From Octopus vulgaris (taxonomy: Eukaryota), in the NCBI GenBank assembly GCA_951406725.2, contig OX597822.1, positions 69,998,001 to 70,062,000 on the forward strand: DNA of 64,000 bases. Reading direction: 5' to 3'. Under the pieces are notes generated by a model that ran no database searches, was not told the DNA's origin, and saw only the letters and a program-made list of their open reading frames with translations. Both the position numbers and the translations under genes were made by a program. This document shows positions 26,323 to 39,721 of this stretch, in pieces (position 1 is the first letter of the stretch; every line of letters starts with the position of its first letter).

Positions 26323-27615
26323 GAAGAAACTCTGTTTATCTTGTCAAAAATCTCCATGTACAAAGAGTAATATCAAGTTTTCTCTGGTTTCCCTCGAAAA
26401 TGTTTGGGTTATACGCAAACTTATCATCGCTTACTGGTCCTCATTTTTGCTTTCTCTAATCCTTTAAACGATATAAATCTTTTCAAAACAAAACAAATAT
26501 ACATAATATAATAACTTTTATAGGAATGTATAACTTTTTTGAAACCAAAAAATTAGGTCATATATTCCTGTAGAAAGAAATGTTTTGTAAGAATGCTTAA
26601 ATAAGAATATAAATAAATTTGAACAACAAAAAGAAAAAGAAGTGAAAAGGAAAAAAAAAAAAAAAAAGGAAACATCTAATTCCATTCAGTTTCTTAGAAA
26701 CCTATTCAGAGTGAATTTAATTTATAAATTCCTTCATCATTGCCAAATTCCATCTAAAATAATAATATTTTATCAGGATTGAGAACATCAATGCTGGTGG
26801 GAACAGTTGAATGTTACGCCAGACAAGGTCAGTACTGCCTGGAAAATAATAATGAACATTAAAAGTTCTAAAGCAAACAAACAGAAACAAATCTAAAAAA
26901 TGCACATTACCCACCCCCCCATCATCACTCACTGCCATGACCACCACTGATAAAAATCCAATTTAGACAAGAGAATTTAAAAAAAAAGTAACGTAAGTAG
27001 GCACAGGCATGGCTGTGTTGTAAGAAGTTAGATTCCCAAGCACATGGTTCGGGGTTCAGTCCCACTGCATAGCACCTTTGGCAAGTATCTTCTCTTATAG
27101 CCTCAGGCCAACCTTATGAGTGAATCTGGTGGATGGAAACTGAAAGAAGCCCCTTGTATATATATATAGTAGAGGAAATAGCTAAATTCTTTGGCTGCTT
27201 TTTCTAAAAGTTCGGTGTGTGGTAAAGTAAATTTTTTTGCTGAACCCTAATTATATATATATATATATATATAATATTATTGTTCTTTCTTATGAAAAAT
27301 ATAGAACTGCTTAAGAAGTGTTTGGGTCAAACCCAAGACAAAAGACAAGAATTAAGATATAAACTCAAATTAGGTAATCATACTCATATAGTTATAAATT
27401 GAAATTAAAATGCATATTACATATATTAATACATATCGACACATATAAAATATAAATATGGAGTGGTTGTGTGGTAAGTAGCTTGCTAGCCAACCACATG
27501 GTTCCGGGTTCAGTCCCACTGTGTGGCACCTTGGGCAAGTGTCTTCTACTATAATCTCGGGCCAACCAAAGCCTTGTGAATGGATTTGCTAGACAGAAAC
27601 TGAAAGAATCCCATC

Positions 27616-27656
<41 letters not shown>

Positions 27657-27657
<1 letters not shown>

Positions 27658-28049
27658 TAGCAGTATCGCCCGGCATTGCTCGGGTTTGTAAGGGAAATAA
27701 CTATATAAGCATTTTTAGAGATGTAAAGTATAATAGCCATCTCAATATGGCTAACAACAAGGGTGGGGGTGGGGGTTACTGTAGCTTTTTACATTCTGAG
27801 ATTTAATAATAAATTTTTACTTCCCTTATATATGCCAAAAATGCATTAAAAACGGGAAAAATTGATGGTAATTTTTTTTTTAAATCGTAGACTCATCGTA
27901 GACGCGCGCTAATTCCCAGAAGGGCTCGATATGAATCACGACTATAAGATACCCGGTTTTGGTTAAACTGCACCGCAAAATGTGGGAGTAGTTAGGAATC
28001 TAAATCGTAGGAGACAGACAGCACACAACCTCACTTTTATATATAAAGA
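27657..28049 (-). mobile_element. non-autonomous Helitron
   Basis: The - strand starts TCTTTATATATAAAAGTGAGG and ends CCCGAGCAATGCCGGGCGATACTGCTAG|T in (TA)n. Confidence 0.85.
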
Positions 28050-28068
28050 CATATATACATATGTATAT

Positions 28069-28105
<37 letters not shown>

Positions 28106-29054
28106 CTTGGAAATGGATGCGTGTCGATTGATCATATAATAATATGAATAATATATAAATATATGCTTATATACATACATATATGTACATACCTACATAT
28201 ATATGTATATGTACATGCATATATGGGTACAGGACATTAAAAAAAACATGAAAAAAATGAGAAACGAGAACATAAAAAACAAACATTTTTTTTCAAACAA
28301 TGAAAAACAAATAGAGAAACGAGACAGGCAACATAAAGAACATTCCCTTCATCAGTTGTCCCCTGTTTTATCTATTCCGTGTTTATATGTGTGTGTGTGT
28401 ATGTGTTTGTATGTCTGTGTTTGTCCTCCCACCATCGCTTGACAACTGATATTGGTGTGTTCATGTCCCCCTGACTTAGTGGTTCGGGGAAAAAAATCCC
28501 AATAGAATAAGTACTAGGCTTACTAGAATAAGTCCTGGGATCGATGTGTTTGACTAAAGGCGGTGCTCCAGCATGGCTGTAGTCAAATGACTGAAACAAA
28601 TGAATGAATAAAAGAATATATATAAATATACATAAAAATACATGTAAATAAAGCCCATGTGGGATAAGTATGGAAGGAAGTGTGAGAAAAAGAGAACTGA
28701 TAAAAATTTTTTGTACTAAAATTAAGAGCAGTTAAGAGTTTCAATTAAAAGATCCACAGAGTTCAATGTGTTTTTTTAAAACATATAAATGGGATATAAA
28801 ATATATAATACAGTTCGAAGAAGTCGACTTTCTACGGCCGTTTCCAAAGTTCATGTCCTGGATCTACCCCTTCCATATATTTCCTCCACAATTAGAGCTT
28901 GGTAATTCTTGATGCAACTGTTTTCATTCATGTGCATTACATGGCCATACCAGCACAATCTTCTCCCTTGCATACTACATCTGATGCTACATACACCCAG
29001 TTTTTCTCTCAAATCACTTATACTCTATTGTATTTTCCTTATGGTAATATTTAA

Positions 29055-29276
29055 CCCTTTTAATACCAACCCGGCCAAAACCACCTCTGGCTCTGTAGTA
29101 TAAATGTCTTGCTTTCATAAGTTTTGAATTAAAATCTACCACCAAACCTTAGTCCCAATTTATGTTCCTGACACTAACTGGATGATAACTAAGTTATTTT
29201 ACTAAATTCTTTGTTATATTTAAAATTAATTGAAAGAAACACAAAGCATCTCAAAATAAAGACAGTAACGAAAGGG
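29055..29276. mobile_element. piggyBac-like MITE (family 1)
   Basis: TTAA|CCCTTT...AAAGGG|TTAA. Second copy at about 55367-55590. Confidence 0.85.
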
Positions 29277-30070
29277 TTAAAGTAATATTTGTCAAGGGTT
29301 GCTTAGTTTAATAATACAGAATTTAAGAGGTACAGGGTTTTGCTCCCAGTAGCAGCTTTGCTGACCACTTTTAAATAAGGCAGCAATCTGGCAGAACTGT
29401 TAGCACTCTGGGCAAAATGCTTAGCAGCATTTCATTTATCTTTACATTCTGAGTTCAAATTCTATCCAGGCCGACTTTGTTTTTCATCCTTTCGGGGTCG
29501 ATAAAATAAGCACAAGTTGAGTATTGGGATTGATATAATCAACTTACTCCCTAAAAAGAGAAATTGTTGACCTTGTGCCAAAATTTGGAACCAATATTTA
29601 TGGTAATAATTCCTCATGGCTGGACATGTTTTCATGGAAGATGTGGAAATGAAAATGAATGACATTGTTTGTAAGGCAGTGACAGCCATTTGCTACAATA
29701 ATGTGAATGCCAAGATAAGGAGGCACAGCCACACACACACACACACACACACACATACATACACACACACACATTTACACACACACATTTACACACACAC
29801 ATTTACACAAACACATTTACACATACACACACATACACACATACACACATGGATGGGATGCAAACTTCTTAAGCCTACAGTCATGCCTGTCCCTATAAAT
29901 AAATGTGTGAGATTTGACTATTCATGGAATTTAGGATGTACAATGTGTATCTATCCTTCTGGGTCTTTTTGCCCATTTTGTATCTGCATCCCCATCTGCG
30001 GCCCTTCTTGTCTATGTGATACCCTTGCACCCTACTCTCTGTTTATAGCATTATGCCAGCAATATAAAAA

Positions 30071-30442
30071 GGGGTGCTGGCAGAAACGTTAGCACGCCGG
30101 GTGAAATGCTTAGTGGTATTTCGTCTGCCACTACGTTCTGAGTTCAAATTCCGCCAAGGTCGACTTTGCCTTTCATCCTTTCGGGGTCAATTAAATAAGT
30201 ACCAGTTACACATTGGGGTCAATAAAATCGACTTAATCTGTTTGTCCTCTCTGTGTTTAGCCCCTTGTGGGTAGTAAAGAAATAGGTATTTATGTTCTGA
30301 GATCAAATTCTGCTGAGGTCGACTTTGCCTTTCATCCTTTCGGGGGTCGATAAATCAAGTACCAGTTGCATACTGGTGTCGATCTAATCGACTGACTCCC
30401 TTCCCAAAAATTTCATGCCTTGTGCCTAGTGTAGAAAAGAAT
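30071..30442 (+). mobile_element. SINE family A with duplicated central module
   Basis: Two consecutive GTTCTGAG(T/A)TCAAATTC...GTCGACTTTGCCTTTCATCCTTTCGGGG modules. Confidence 0.85.
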
Positions 30443-30517
30443 ATAAAAAGGGGAAAAATAGATCTGTTCATATTTAGTCCCCTGTCCCAACTACACCATT
30501 TGTATTTCCTTTTGCCT

Positions 30518-30551
<34 letters not shown>

Positions 30552-31008
30552 ACTTTCTCTCTCTATCTCACATCATTATGCTTGTATAATGAGGGATAGT
30601 GTCAGATATGGTGGTATCCAATACACCCTTTATTCACATTCCATCACTTTCTCTCCCTCAGATAACTCTATTATTGACATTCATTACCCTCAACTCAACT
30701 ATCTGTCACTCACACTCACTCTTACCAATGAACATTATCTTCTATAAGGCTAACCACCACTCTCTCTCTCTCTCTCTCTTCCTCAGACCTATCATTATCA
30801 TTATCCATTTTACTTTCTTACCTCTGACCATTTCTATAACTATCCATTACATGTTTACATTCTCTTATCACTAAATGTTTCAACAATTATCCATCATTCA
30901 TTTCCACCCTTATCAGCAAACATGTAACTTTTACTAGTGTCTGTCTCCCATTACACTGTCATTACTGCCTCTCCTATTTCAGTTTCCCTCTCTCTTTCTC
31001 TCTCACAT

Positions 31009-31124
<116 letters not shown>

Positions 31125-31356
31125 AGGGCCTCTACACAGTTTCCATCAATCAAATTCACTCACAAGGCATTGGTCTGTCTGAAGTTGCAGTAGAAGACAC
31201 TTGTCCAAAGTTCCACCCTGAGACTGAACCCAAAACCACATGGTTGCAAAGTATGCTTCTTAACCACACAGCCATGCAGCTGCTATAGCTTAAAGATCAA
31301 GTTACTAGACAGAGGCTTCGTTTGTTCATAGTTTCCTCATTGGCTTCAGTTAGAAT

Positions 31357-31397
<41 letters not shown>

Positions 31398-31601
31398 TAG
31401 TGGCAGCAGCAGCAGCAGTAGCAGTAGTAGTAGTTGTTGTTGTAGTAGTTGTTGTTGTTGCTGTTGCTTAGCTATAGGTCAGCTCTGACAGCAAATTTAT
31501 GATCAAAACAAGCATTCCATCTATGACCATCCCATCTTTTATTTTAGACATAAAATAACCTAGTTTATATTGTCCTAGTGTAAGGCATATTTCTTATAGA
31601 A

Positions 31602-31938
31602 GGTGCATGGCTCAGTGGTTAGAGCATTGGGCTCTCAATCACGAGATAGTGTGTTTGATTCATGGATCTGTCTGTCTGTTGTGTTCTTGAGCAAGACACT
31701 TTATTTCACGGTGCTCCAATTCACTCAGCTGTAGAAATGAGCTGCAATGTCACTGGTGCCAAACTGTATCAGCCTTTGCCTTTCCCTTGGATAACATCAG
31801 TGGTGTGGAAAGGAATGGCTGGTATGCATGGGTGACTGCTGGTCTTCCATAAACAACTTTGCCTGGACTCGTGCCTCGGAGGGGAACTTTCTAGGTGCAA
31901 TCCCATGGTTATTCATGACCAAAGGGGATCTTTACCCT
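31602..31938 (+). mobile_element. SINE family C, full length
   Basis: A-box TGGCTCAGTGG; domain GTGTTCTTGAGCAAGACACTTTATTTCAC...CACTCAGCTGTAGAAATGAG. Related copies at 35636-35932, 51655-51870 and 61925-62181. Confidence 0.8.
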
Positions 31939-33529
31939 GAGTGCATGATATGAAGAAGATCTGGCTGCTATTTCTTGCAGGTTGAATGACCACACAGATG
32001 CTCTTTTGTTGGCTTCTGAAGTTGTTCATATTTGATTTCGCCTTTCATCCTTTTTGGGGTGATAAAATAAGTACCATTTGCACATTAGGGAAGACATAAT
32101 TGGCTTACCTCCTCCCCTGAAATTTCTGGCCTTGTGCCAAAATTTGAAATCAATATTTGATGATAGATCTATTCGATCAGATTAGCTTTGATTGAGCAGA
32201 CTTTTGATTAAAGACATTCTAGCCAATTCAGTCTTAACAATCCTGTTTATTTTTATATATTGTACTGTTTAATGTGTCCACTACATAAAAGGTTGTAAGA
32301 TATAATATGAGGGAGAAGTTGTTACTATTTCTAGCATTGAGCCACCATCTAGAGACTTTCTCATTGGCTCAAGTTAAAATAGTAATTGCTTTGTAGTTTA
32401 GTCCATGTTAGCTCTAAGTAGATATCTGATAAAAATTATTCTTGATGTTAACATTCTGCCTATTTGTATTGCAGAGACCTTATTTGTCTTTCTTTCTCTA
32501 CTTAAAAATATAGCAGGGTGTGATATGAAGTAGATTTGGCTGCTATTTCTTGCAGATCTAGTAACAACATAGAGATTCCCTTTTCAGCTCAAGCTGTAGA
32601 ATAGTCATAGATACTAGCACAACAGCTTTAAAATGTTTAAGGGGGTATCATACTAAAATTAGAATTTGCAATTAGAATATATCTACTATGTGGTAATAGC
32701 CAAGTTACAATGTCCTGCTTTCAATTTTCATATTATTGTAGTTCACAAAGCTTGTGTAAAATCTTATCATTATCTGAAACATAATCTAGTCATGAAAATA
32801 GCTTTCCTTGTCCAACACAAATATTCAAACATTGTGTATACCATCATGATAACATCTAGTTTTCTATATAGAGTATACATACATACATACATACATACAC
32901 ACATATGTACATACATATGTACATATATACATACATATGTACATATATACATACATACAAACACATACAGACACACACACCTGATGGCTGTCCAGTTGTG
33001 ACCGAGGAAGACCATCACTGACCATTGCCCATGCAAAATATCAGCAAATGCCCATGCTTAAGGTTATTGTACCCTTGGTCAGCTTCACCCTGGCTTGCAC
33101 CCATGGCTTTCATGCTTGTTGTGACACCTTCGTACTCAACTGGGTATCAGAAAGTCACCTTGCTGGCGATTACACAAGCTAAAATTTCAGGTCTGATGAG
33201 GCTTGTACAAAACCTCTCAGGCTCTCTCTGCACAATTGATATGATCCAGAGACAATTCAGGGCAAGATATCTAGTGCCAATATGGGTTGCAGGCTTAGGA
33301 ATATGGAAGCACCATGATCTCATGCTCCAAAATGTCCAAAGCCATTACCTACGTCTCCAGTTTTATATCAGAGTGACCTTCTCCAAGGGACATGCTTTGA
33401 CAAAAGCTGAGGGGTACCTTGCTCCCAGTAGTCTTCTAGCACACCAAACATGAACCCAGAATTTCTGACCTATTGCTAGATAGTCATTGAACCTACACTA
33501 AATTCATCCATTCTTTTGACAGGTCTTGT

Positions 33530-33750
33530 TTTTAGTCCTGCTGGATTTCTAGTAACCCTCCTCACCAAGCAAGCCTAGTCGGGGTACCAGTTTAGTTGCT
33601 GATGACCGACCATGCAACAGGTCCATGTTAACAGTAGCACTCATGAGACGGCACAAGTGACCTGGCATACATACATATATGCATGAGATTAAGCAAAGAA
33701 CTAAACAAGAACTCTGAGGGAGCAGCTGTCCCATGTGAACCAAAGGTGGC
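33530..33750 (-). mobile_element. possible decayed RTE LINE 5' region
   Basis: The - strand segment GCAACTAAACTGGTACCCC...CTTGGTGAGGAGGGTT resembles RTE 5' UTRs from memory. No protein support. Confidence 0.3.
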
Positions 33751-34551
33751 TGGACTGGTAGAGAAATGCTCACCATTCAAGCCCATTCCATTACTGCACT
33801 ATCTGAGCTTGAAACTTGAAGTAGCCAATGTATTCATCCAGTATTCATTAAATGATATCATCACCCTCTTCTTCATAAGATCTATTTTGTATTTGACCAC
33901 AAGTTAACTTTAGTTCCTGGATGAAATTGAGAGTTTTATATAAATTAGGTCAAAGTACTCTAACTTCCTTATAAACTACAACTCAATTTGCAAGTGCACC
34001 TTCCTTATGGACATTGTAAAAATATATAATAATAATAATAATAATGAAATTATTGTGGTGTATAGTGCTCAGGAGCACTACAACATGTATATGATAGAAT
34101 TCCATCGTTGTTATTAAGTTTAATTTATTTTTATTCAATCTCTTTTAATATCAAAGCACTTAGATTTACTTATGACCTAATTTAATATAGATAAAACTCT
34201 CAATTTCATCCTGGACCTAAGATTAGCTTGAGGTCAGTTACAAAATAAATTTTGTAGCCATATTAGATTTCAACATATCCCCATTACTTCCCTTTGTATA
34301 TTAAACATAGCAGGATAATGAAATAAGCTAGCTATGAATAAAGAAACTCAGATTGCTTTGAACCACACTTGCAGAAAGACTCTGGATGAAGGTGCACAAC
34401 AAAATATGCTGGATTGCATAAACAACTGTACATACTCTGTGCAGCAGAAACACATGTTGGTCATTTTAACTAACTAATTATGCTGTATAACTAACTGTTA
34501 AATTAAAAGAAAAATTTGAAGTTATATCAGTCTCTATATTTTTTGTAATTA

Positions 34552-35117
34552 TTGGGTTGTCCGGAAAGTTCGTGCTGATTTTTAAAGGAAAGAAAAAGGT
34601 CAACAAACACTTGCCATTACACTTTTAATCAACCAAATATGAACCATTTTGTTGCACAATGCGTCTCCATCTTTCCTTTAATTTGAAAATACCCTCCTCC
34701 CAGAATTGAGCTGGTTTCATGGCAAAGAATTCATCAAGGTATCTTTTTACGTCATCCAAGGAATTGAAATCTTTACCATTAAGACTATTCTGCAGAGACC
34801 TGAATAAGTGGAAATCTGAAGGAGCAATATCTGGTGAATATGGAGGGTGGGGTAACAGATCGTAGCCAAGCTGCAGCAATTTTTGTCTGGTTCCCAAAGC
34901 ATCAAGTGCCGAAAATGAACTTTCTTATCTTCCATTTTAAAGGGTTACAGAATTAACACAGGCTATAGGAACATAAACCTTCTTCTGTGAAAAGATAGCT
35001 TAAACTGTGCTCTAAATGGAAGTGTAGTCAAATCCTATTTCATGGACTCAACCATGTTCTAAAATAAGTCGAAAGGTAAGCTACTATAAATCGGCATGAA
35101 CTTTCCAGACAACCCAA
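34552..35117 (-). mobile_element. internally deleted mariner transposon
   Basis: TA|TTGGGTTGTCCGGAAAGTTCGTGCTGATTT ... AAATCGGCATGAACTTTCCAGACAACCCAA|TA. N-terminal MEDKKVHFRHLMLWE is joined to C-terminal HPPYSPDIAPSDFHLFRSLQ...WRRIVQQNGSYLVD. Confidence 0.95.
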
Positions 35118-35395
35118 TATTTGGAATTTACACTCCTGAAAATATTCATAATCCTGAGAAGCAAACCTGGATTTACCTGTCAGAAGTAATACAACAGGAT
35201 TACTCATACTAAGCAATCACTGATGTCTATTACTATTTGATGTGGTTAGTCAAATATACTTGAGAGCTATTACAGTACCTGCCTGGATAATTCATCCTTA
35301 TATACTCATTTTATATATATTTAATATATTTATATATGTAAATATCAAACAATGAGAATGAGTGTTTGACACTGCATTGATGGATAAATATTCTT

Positions 35396-35606
35396 TATTT
35401 GTGTATTAAGGCTACAACTGGTTTCATGTTAAGAAAATATCTTAACAATTTTTCAAGCCAATCACATTGAGAAATTGGTGTTTATCTCCATTTTGGATTA
35501 TATATTGTAATTCAAAACGGAGACCAATTTCTCAATGTGATTGGCTTGAAAAATTGTTAAGATATTTTCTTAACATGAAACCAATTGTAGCCTTAATTCA
35601 TAAATA
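35396..35606. repeat. ~105-bp-arm foldback carrying a degenerate hammerhead motif (PLE-type)
   Basis: Arms 35396-35500 and 35508-35606. Motif GGC-TTGAAAA-A-TTGTTAAGA..TCTTAACAT-GAAA-CCAATTG-TA-GCC. Confidence 0.65.
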
Positions 35607-35930
35607 TAGTGTGTGTGTATATATATATATATATGAGAATGTATGGCCTAGTGGTTATGGTGTTGTACTCATGATCATTAGATTGTGGTTTCATTTCTTA
35701 GACCAGGTGTGCGTTGTGTTCTTGAGCAAAACACTTCGTCTCATATTGTTCTGCTATCACTTCTACATTTGATGTGTGGTACACTGTGCACCTGTTCAGG
35801 CAATGTTGATTTGATGGAGAGAGTGAATTAATGTACAACACATACATTTGATCAATATAAACAAATCATTTGTGCAAGTCATTTGGCAAAAGCTGAACTC
35901 TCATACATCATAATCAATGGGAGAGTCTAC

Positions 35931-35999
<69 letters not shown>

Positions 36000-36459
36000 C
36001 ACACACACACACACAAGCAAATAAGGATATACACTTTATGTATCACTGTTCAACATCTTTTAACTCTCTACAGCATCTCTGCAGATCTGTAGGAATATTC
36101 TTTGCTCAAACTGATGTTTGAAATATTTCCATAGAATGGTGAAAAATGTTATACAGTTATGAAGCTATATATATATATATACTGTAAAATGTTCTTGATG
36201 TAAAATATGAATAAATAAATAAATAAATAAAAGCTTATATGGAATTTAGTGTTTTAATTTTAATTCTCATATGTAAGTTTATTTTAGAACTTGTTCTCAT
36301 TGGGGAATACAGGTGCAATTAAGCAAATGAAATTTTCCAGAGAAGTCATACTGAATAAACCTTTTTGTTTTGAAAAGCTGGTTTCCAAGGTAGACAACTA
36401 ACTATACCATAATCATGGAAAGTTTTAGAGTCTGAGATGGTGAAAGCAAAATGTAAATG

Positions 36460-36670
36460 ATGTTTTTTTCCATTTTAATGCATATTTTTTTAATATAAGG
36501 GAAGTAACTCTCTAAAAATGTCTACGATGAGTCAACGATTAAAAAAAAATTTACCATAATTTTTTTTCCATTTTTAATGCACCTTTTGCTATTTTTTGGC
36601 TATAACTCTCTAAAAATGCTTTATAGTTATTTCCCTTACAAACCCGAGCAACGCCGGGCGATACTGCTAG
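36460..36670 (+). mobile_element. Helitron 3' fragment
   Basis: Ends CCCGAGCAACGCCGGGCGATACTGCTAG|T; homologous to the 3' end of the 27657-28049 element. Confidence 0.8.
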
Positions 36671-36808
36671 TAATTAATAAATATCCTGGAAACAGCTATA
36701 AGACCTTAAATCTATAAATGTTCTAATATCTACACAGCCTTGGTTTTTTTATCTCATTTCACAAAAAATTCTTATATATATATATATATCATTCTTTAAT
36801 AAGAATAG

Positions 36809-36862
36809 TATTGACAGTCTGAGGATAGCTAATTGGCCAAAACTTTGAAGTCACTGTCAATA
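36809..36862 (+). ncRNA. degenerate type I hammerhead motif
   Basis: Perfect 10-bp stem I TATTGACAGT/ACTGTCAATA, CTGAGGA, weak stem II, AAAA in place of GAAA, CTTTGAAG-TC. Confidence 0.55.
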
Positions 36863-37030
36863 TTGCTACGTGTTAAAGACTGATAAATTTGCATTCTACT
36901 GAAGTATGAAGTAACCCTTCAGATTAACATAAAATGGCTTTTATTATAACTAAACGTAAAAGCAAACATTGATCTATCTATCTATCAATCTATCTATCTA
37001 TCTATCTATCTATCTGTCTGTCTGTCTGGC

Positions 37031-37061
<31 letters not shown>

Positions 37062-37164
37062 ATCTATCGGTCTGTCTGTCTGACTGTCTGTATGTCTGTC
37101 CGTCTGTCTATCTATCTGTCTATCTGTATGTATGTATATGTATGTATATGTACATATATATACA

Positions 37165-37254
<90 letters not shown>

Positions 37255-37256
<2 letters not shown>

Positions 37257-38082
37257 AGGACAGATCCTGATGTCTACAACTCTTTCCTGCAATCAGACCT
37301 AGACACAATGCAGCAATGGATCACAGACTGGCAACTGAAACTGGCTGTGGACAAGTGTACCACCATGCATTTTGGGAGAAAAAACCCTGCGTTCACATAC
37401 TCCCTCCACAACACTGATATCAAGAAATCCTCTTGTGAGCGTGACCTAGGCATCACTGTCAGCAGTGATTTGCGTTGGTCAAAGCATATCTCTAAGATTG
37501 TCAGGAAGGCCGAGGGTGTCTTGGCATCACTCAGCAGGTCTTTTGTTAGCCGCTCTCCAGCCATCTATTTAAAACTGTATACAGCTATGGTACGACCACA
37601 CTTGGAATTCGCATCATCAATTTGGAACCCCTATCTTGCACAGAACATTGACCTCCTGGAATCTGTCCAGAGACGTGCAACCAAACGCATACCCTCCATC
37701 AGACACCTACCATATTCTGAGCGCCTTGTTTCCCTGGGCATGGATTCACTGAAGCTCCGGCGTTTGGCGACGGACTTGGTAAACACCCACAAAGTTATCA
37801 ACCACCTCACCAACAACAACACTGAACACCTTTTTGATCTCCATGTGTCTAACACACGTGGACATGCCTACAAAGTCAGAAAATAATACAGCTCCCATGA
37901 CTTTCGGAAACATTTTTTCACGCTCAGAGTTGCTGAAGCATGGAATAAACTGCCTGCGTCAGTTGTTGACTGCCATGACACTGCATCTTTTAAGGCCCTC
38001 ATGCTTTCCGAAATCCGCCGAAACTACACCTGATTATATATACACTTTAGATGAGTTGTAGTGCACCTGAGCACTGTACACA

Positions 38083-38112
<30 letters not shown>
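37255..38112 (+). mobile_element. 5'-truncated CR1-clade LINE (RT C-terminal part, one stop) with (ATT)n tail
   Basis: [84 protein letters not shown] fragment of the same 3' UTR lies at 34030-34086 (-). Confidence 0.95.
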
Positions 38113-38114
<2 letters not shown>

Positions 38115-39221
38115 GATGATGATGATGATGATGATGATGATATATATATGTATATATTCACACACACACATTTATGTGCAGGTATATGTACATGACTGCA
38201 TTTGTGTATATGTTTGTGACTCCTGGTTTTGACATCACATGATAGTTGTAAATGAGTGTCACTGTCATGCAGGCAGGGTCATTCATTTCCAGTATTCTGT
38301 GAAAACATGGAGAAATATAACCTTACTTGGAAACGTTTAAGGGTTGCTGACAAGAAGGACACCTCGCCATAGAAAATCTGCCTCGGTACCCGTAACAATG
38401 TGGTTGGTAAGCAAGCTACTTACCATACAGCCATCCCTGCACCAATAATGTCCATTTATTGTTAATATGGTAAATTGTATTTTTATTCAGTTACTGATGA
38501 TATTTTGCTAGTTCTGAAATATTTCCATCACTCACGACAAAGATGTTTCAAGGGTGTGTTCTCAAAGATTTTTATGTCTTTTCTTAACATGCAAATATTT
38601 AAATGTTCAAAGATATTTTATCCATGCAGTTACTGCTGTTACTCCCTCAAATGAAACGTGGGATAGTATTAAGAATGTTGAAATGAAAAATAAAATGATG
38701 CAAAAGAATATGTATATAAGAAATTGTTTATACCTTTCCAAGACATGGCAGCAAATATAAACAAATTGGAAATCTTATGGTTGCCAACAATTTGAATTGT
38801 CTTTTTTTTTGTTGTTTTTTTTTTCTTTTTTTTTTCTTCAGCTACATGCACTCTTAAATCAAAGAGTATAATCAAATATTGTAACATATATATACATATA
38901 CATATATATAGATATGCACATGTGTGTGGCTGTGTGTATATGCTTGTATGTATATATATGCTTATGTATATACATGTATATATATATGTGTGTGTGTGTG
39001 TGTATGTATACATGTGTGTAAGTGTGTGTGTGTGTGTGTTTGTGTGTGTGTGTGCGTGTGTGTGCATGTATTTTGATGATGCACCTAAACATTTTTTGGC
39101 TGATTTATCCAGATTAGGCATCCCTCTATTCACACTACCAGCTGCATTGCTGTTCCTGATGTTTCTGTACGCTATCTCTGAATACACCCATCCATTTCTA
39201 AGAATTGGGGATATAAGATGA

Positions 39222-39253
<32 letters not shown>

Positions 39254-39569
39254 TATATGTATTTATATCTTTTATCTTTTATTTGTTTTAGTCATTAGAC
39301 TGCAGCCATGTTGGGGTACAGCCCTGAAGAATTTTAGTTGATCAAATCGAACCTGGTACTTATTAGTTTCTGTAAAGCGTTATTCTATCAGTCTCTTTGC
39401 TGGAGCACTAAGTTACAGGGAATATCAACACACCAACATCGGTTGTCAAGTGGTGGTGGAGTCAAGCACATACACACACACACACACACACACATACATA
39501 CATACATACATACATACATACATACATACATACATACACACACTCACACATATATTCTCTCTCTGTTTA

Positions 39570-39688
39570 TTTCCTCATGTTCCTTTCTGTTGAAGAGCAT
39601 AGGCTTGAAATGTAAAAGACTTTTTCACCTTCCCGAGCATTAAACAAATACATCTGTCTTCATCTTTGGTTTTTCTGTAAATTTCAAC

Positions 39689-39690
<2 letters not shown>
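39570..39690 (+). mobile_element. PLE-type fragment with degenerate minimal hammerhead (39583-39618)
   Basis: CTTT-CTGTTGA-A-GAGC ATAG GCTT-GAAA-TG-TA-AAAG. Same family as 53525-53662; followed by (TA)n. Confidence 0.5.

Positions 39691-39721
<31 letters not shown>

Noticed and set aside
33193-33220. CTGATGA hammerhead start
   Set aside because: No convincing stem II, GAAA or stem I partner.
36969-37886. 305-aa host gene
   Set aside because: The N-terminal third is microsatellite and the rest is a truncated CR1 reverse transcriptase region.
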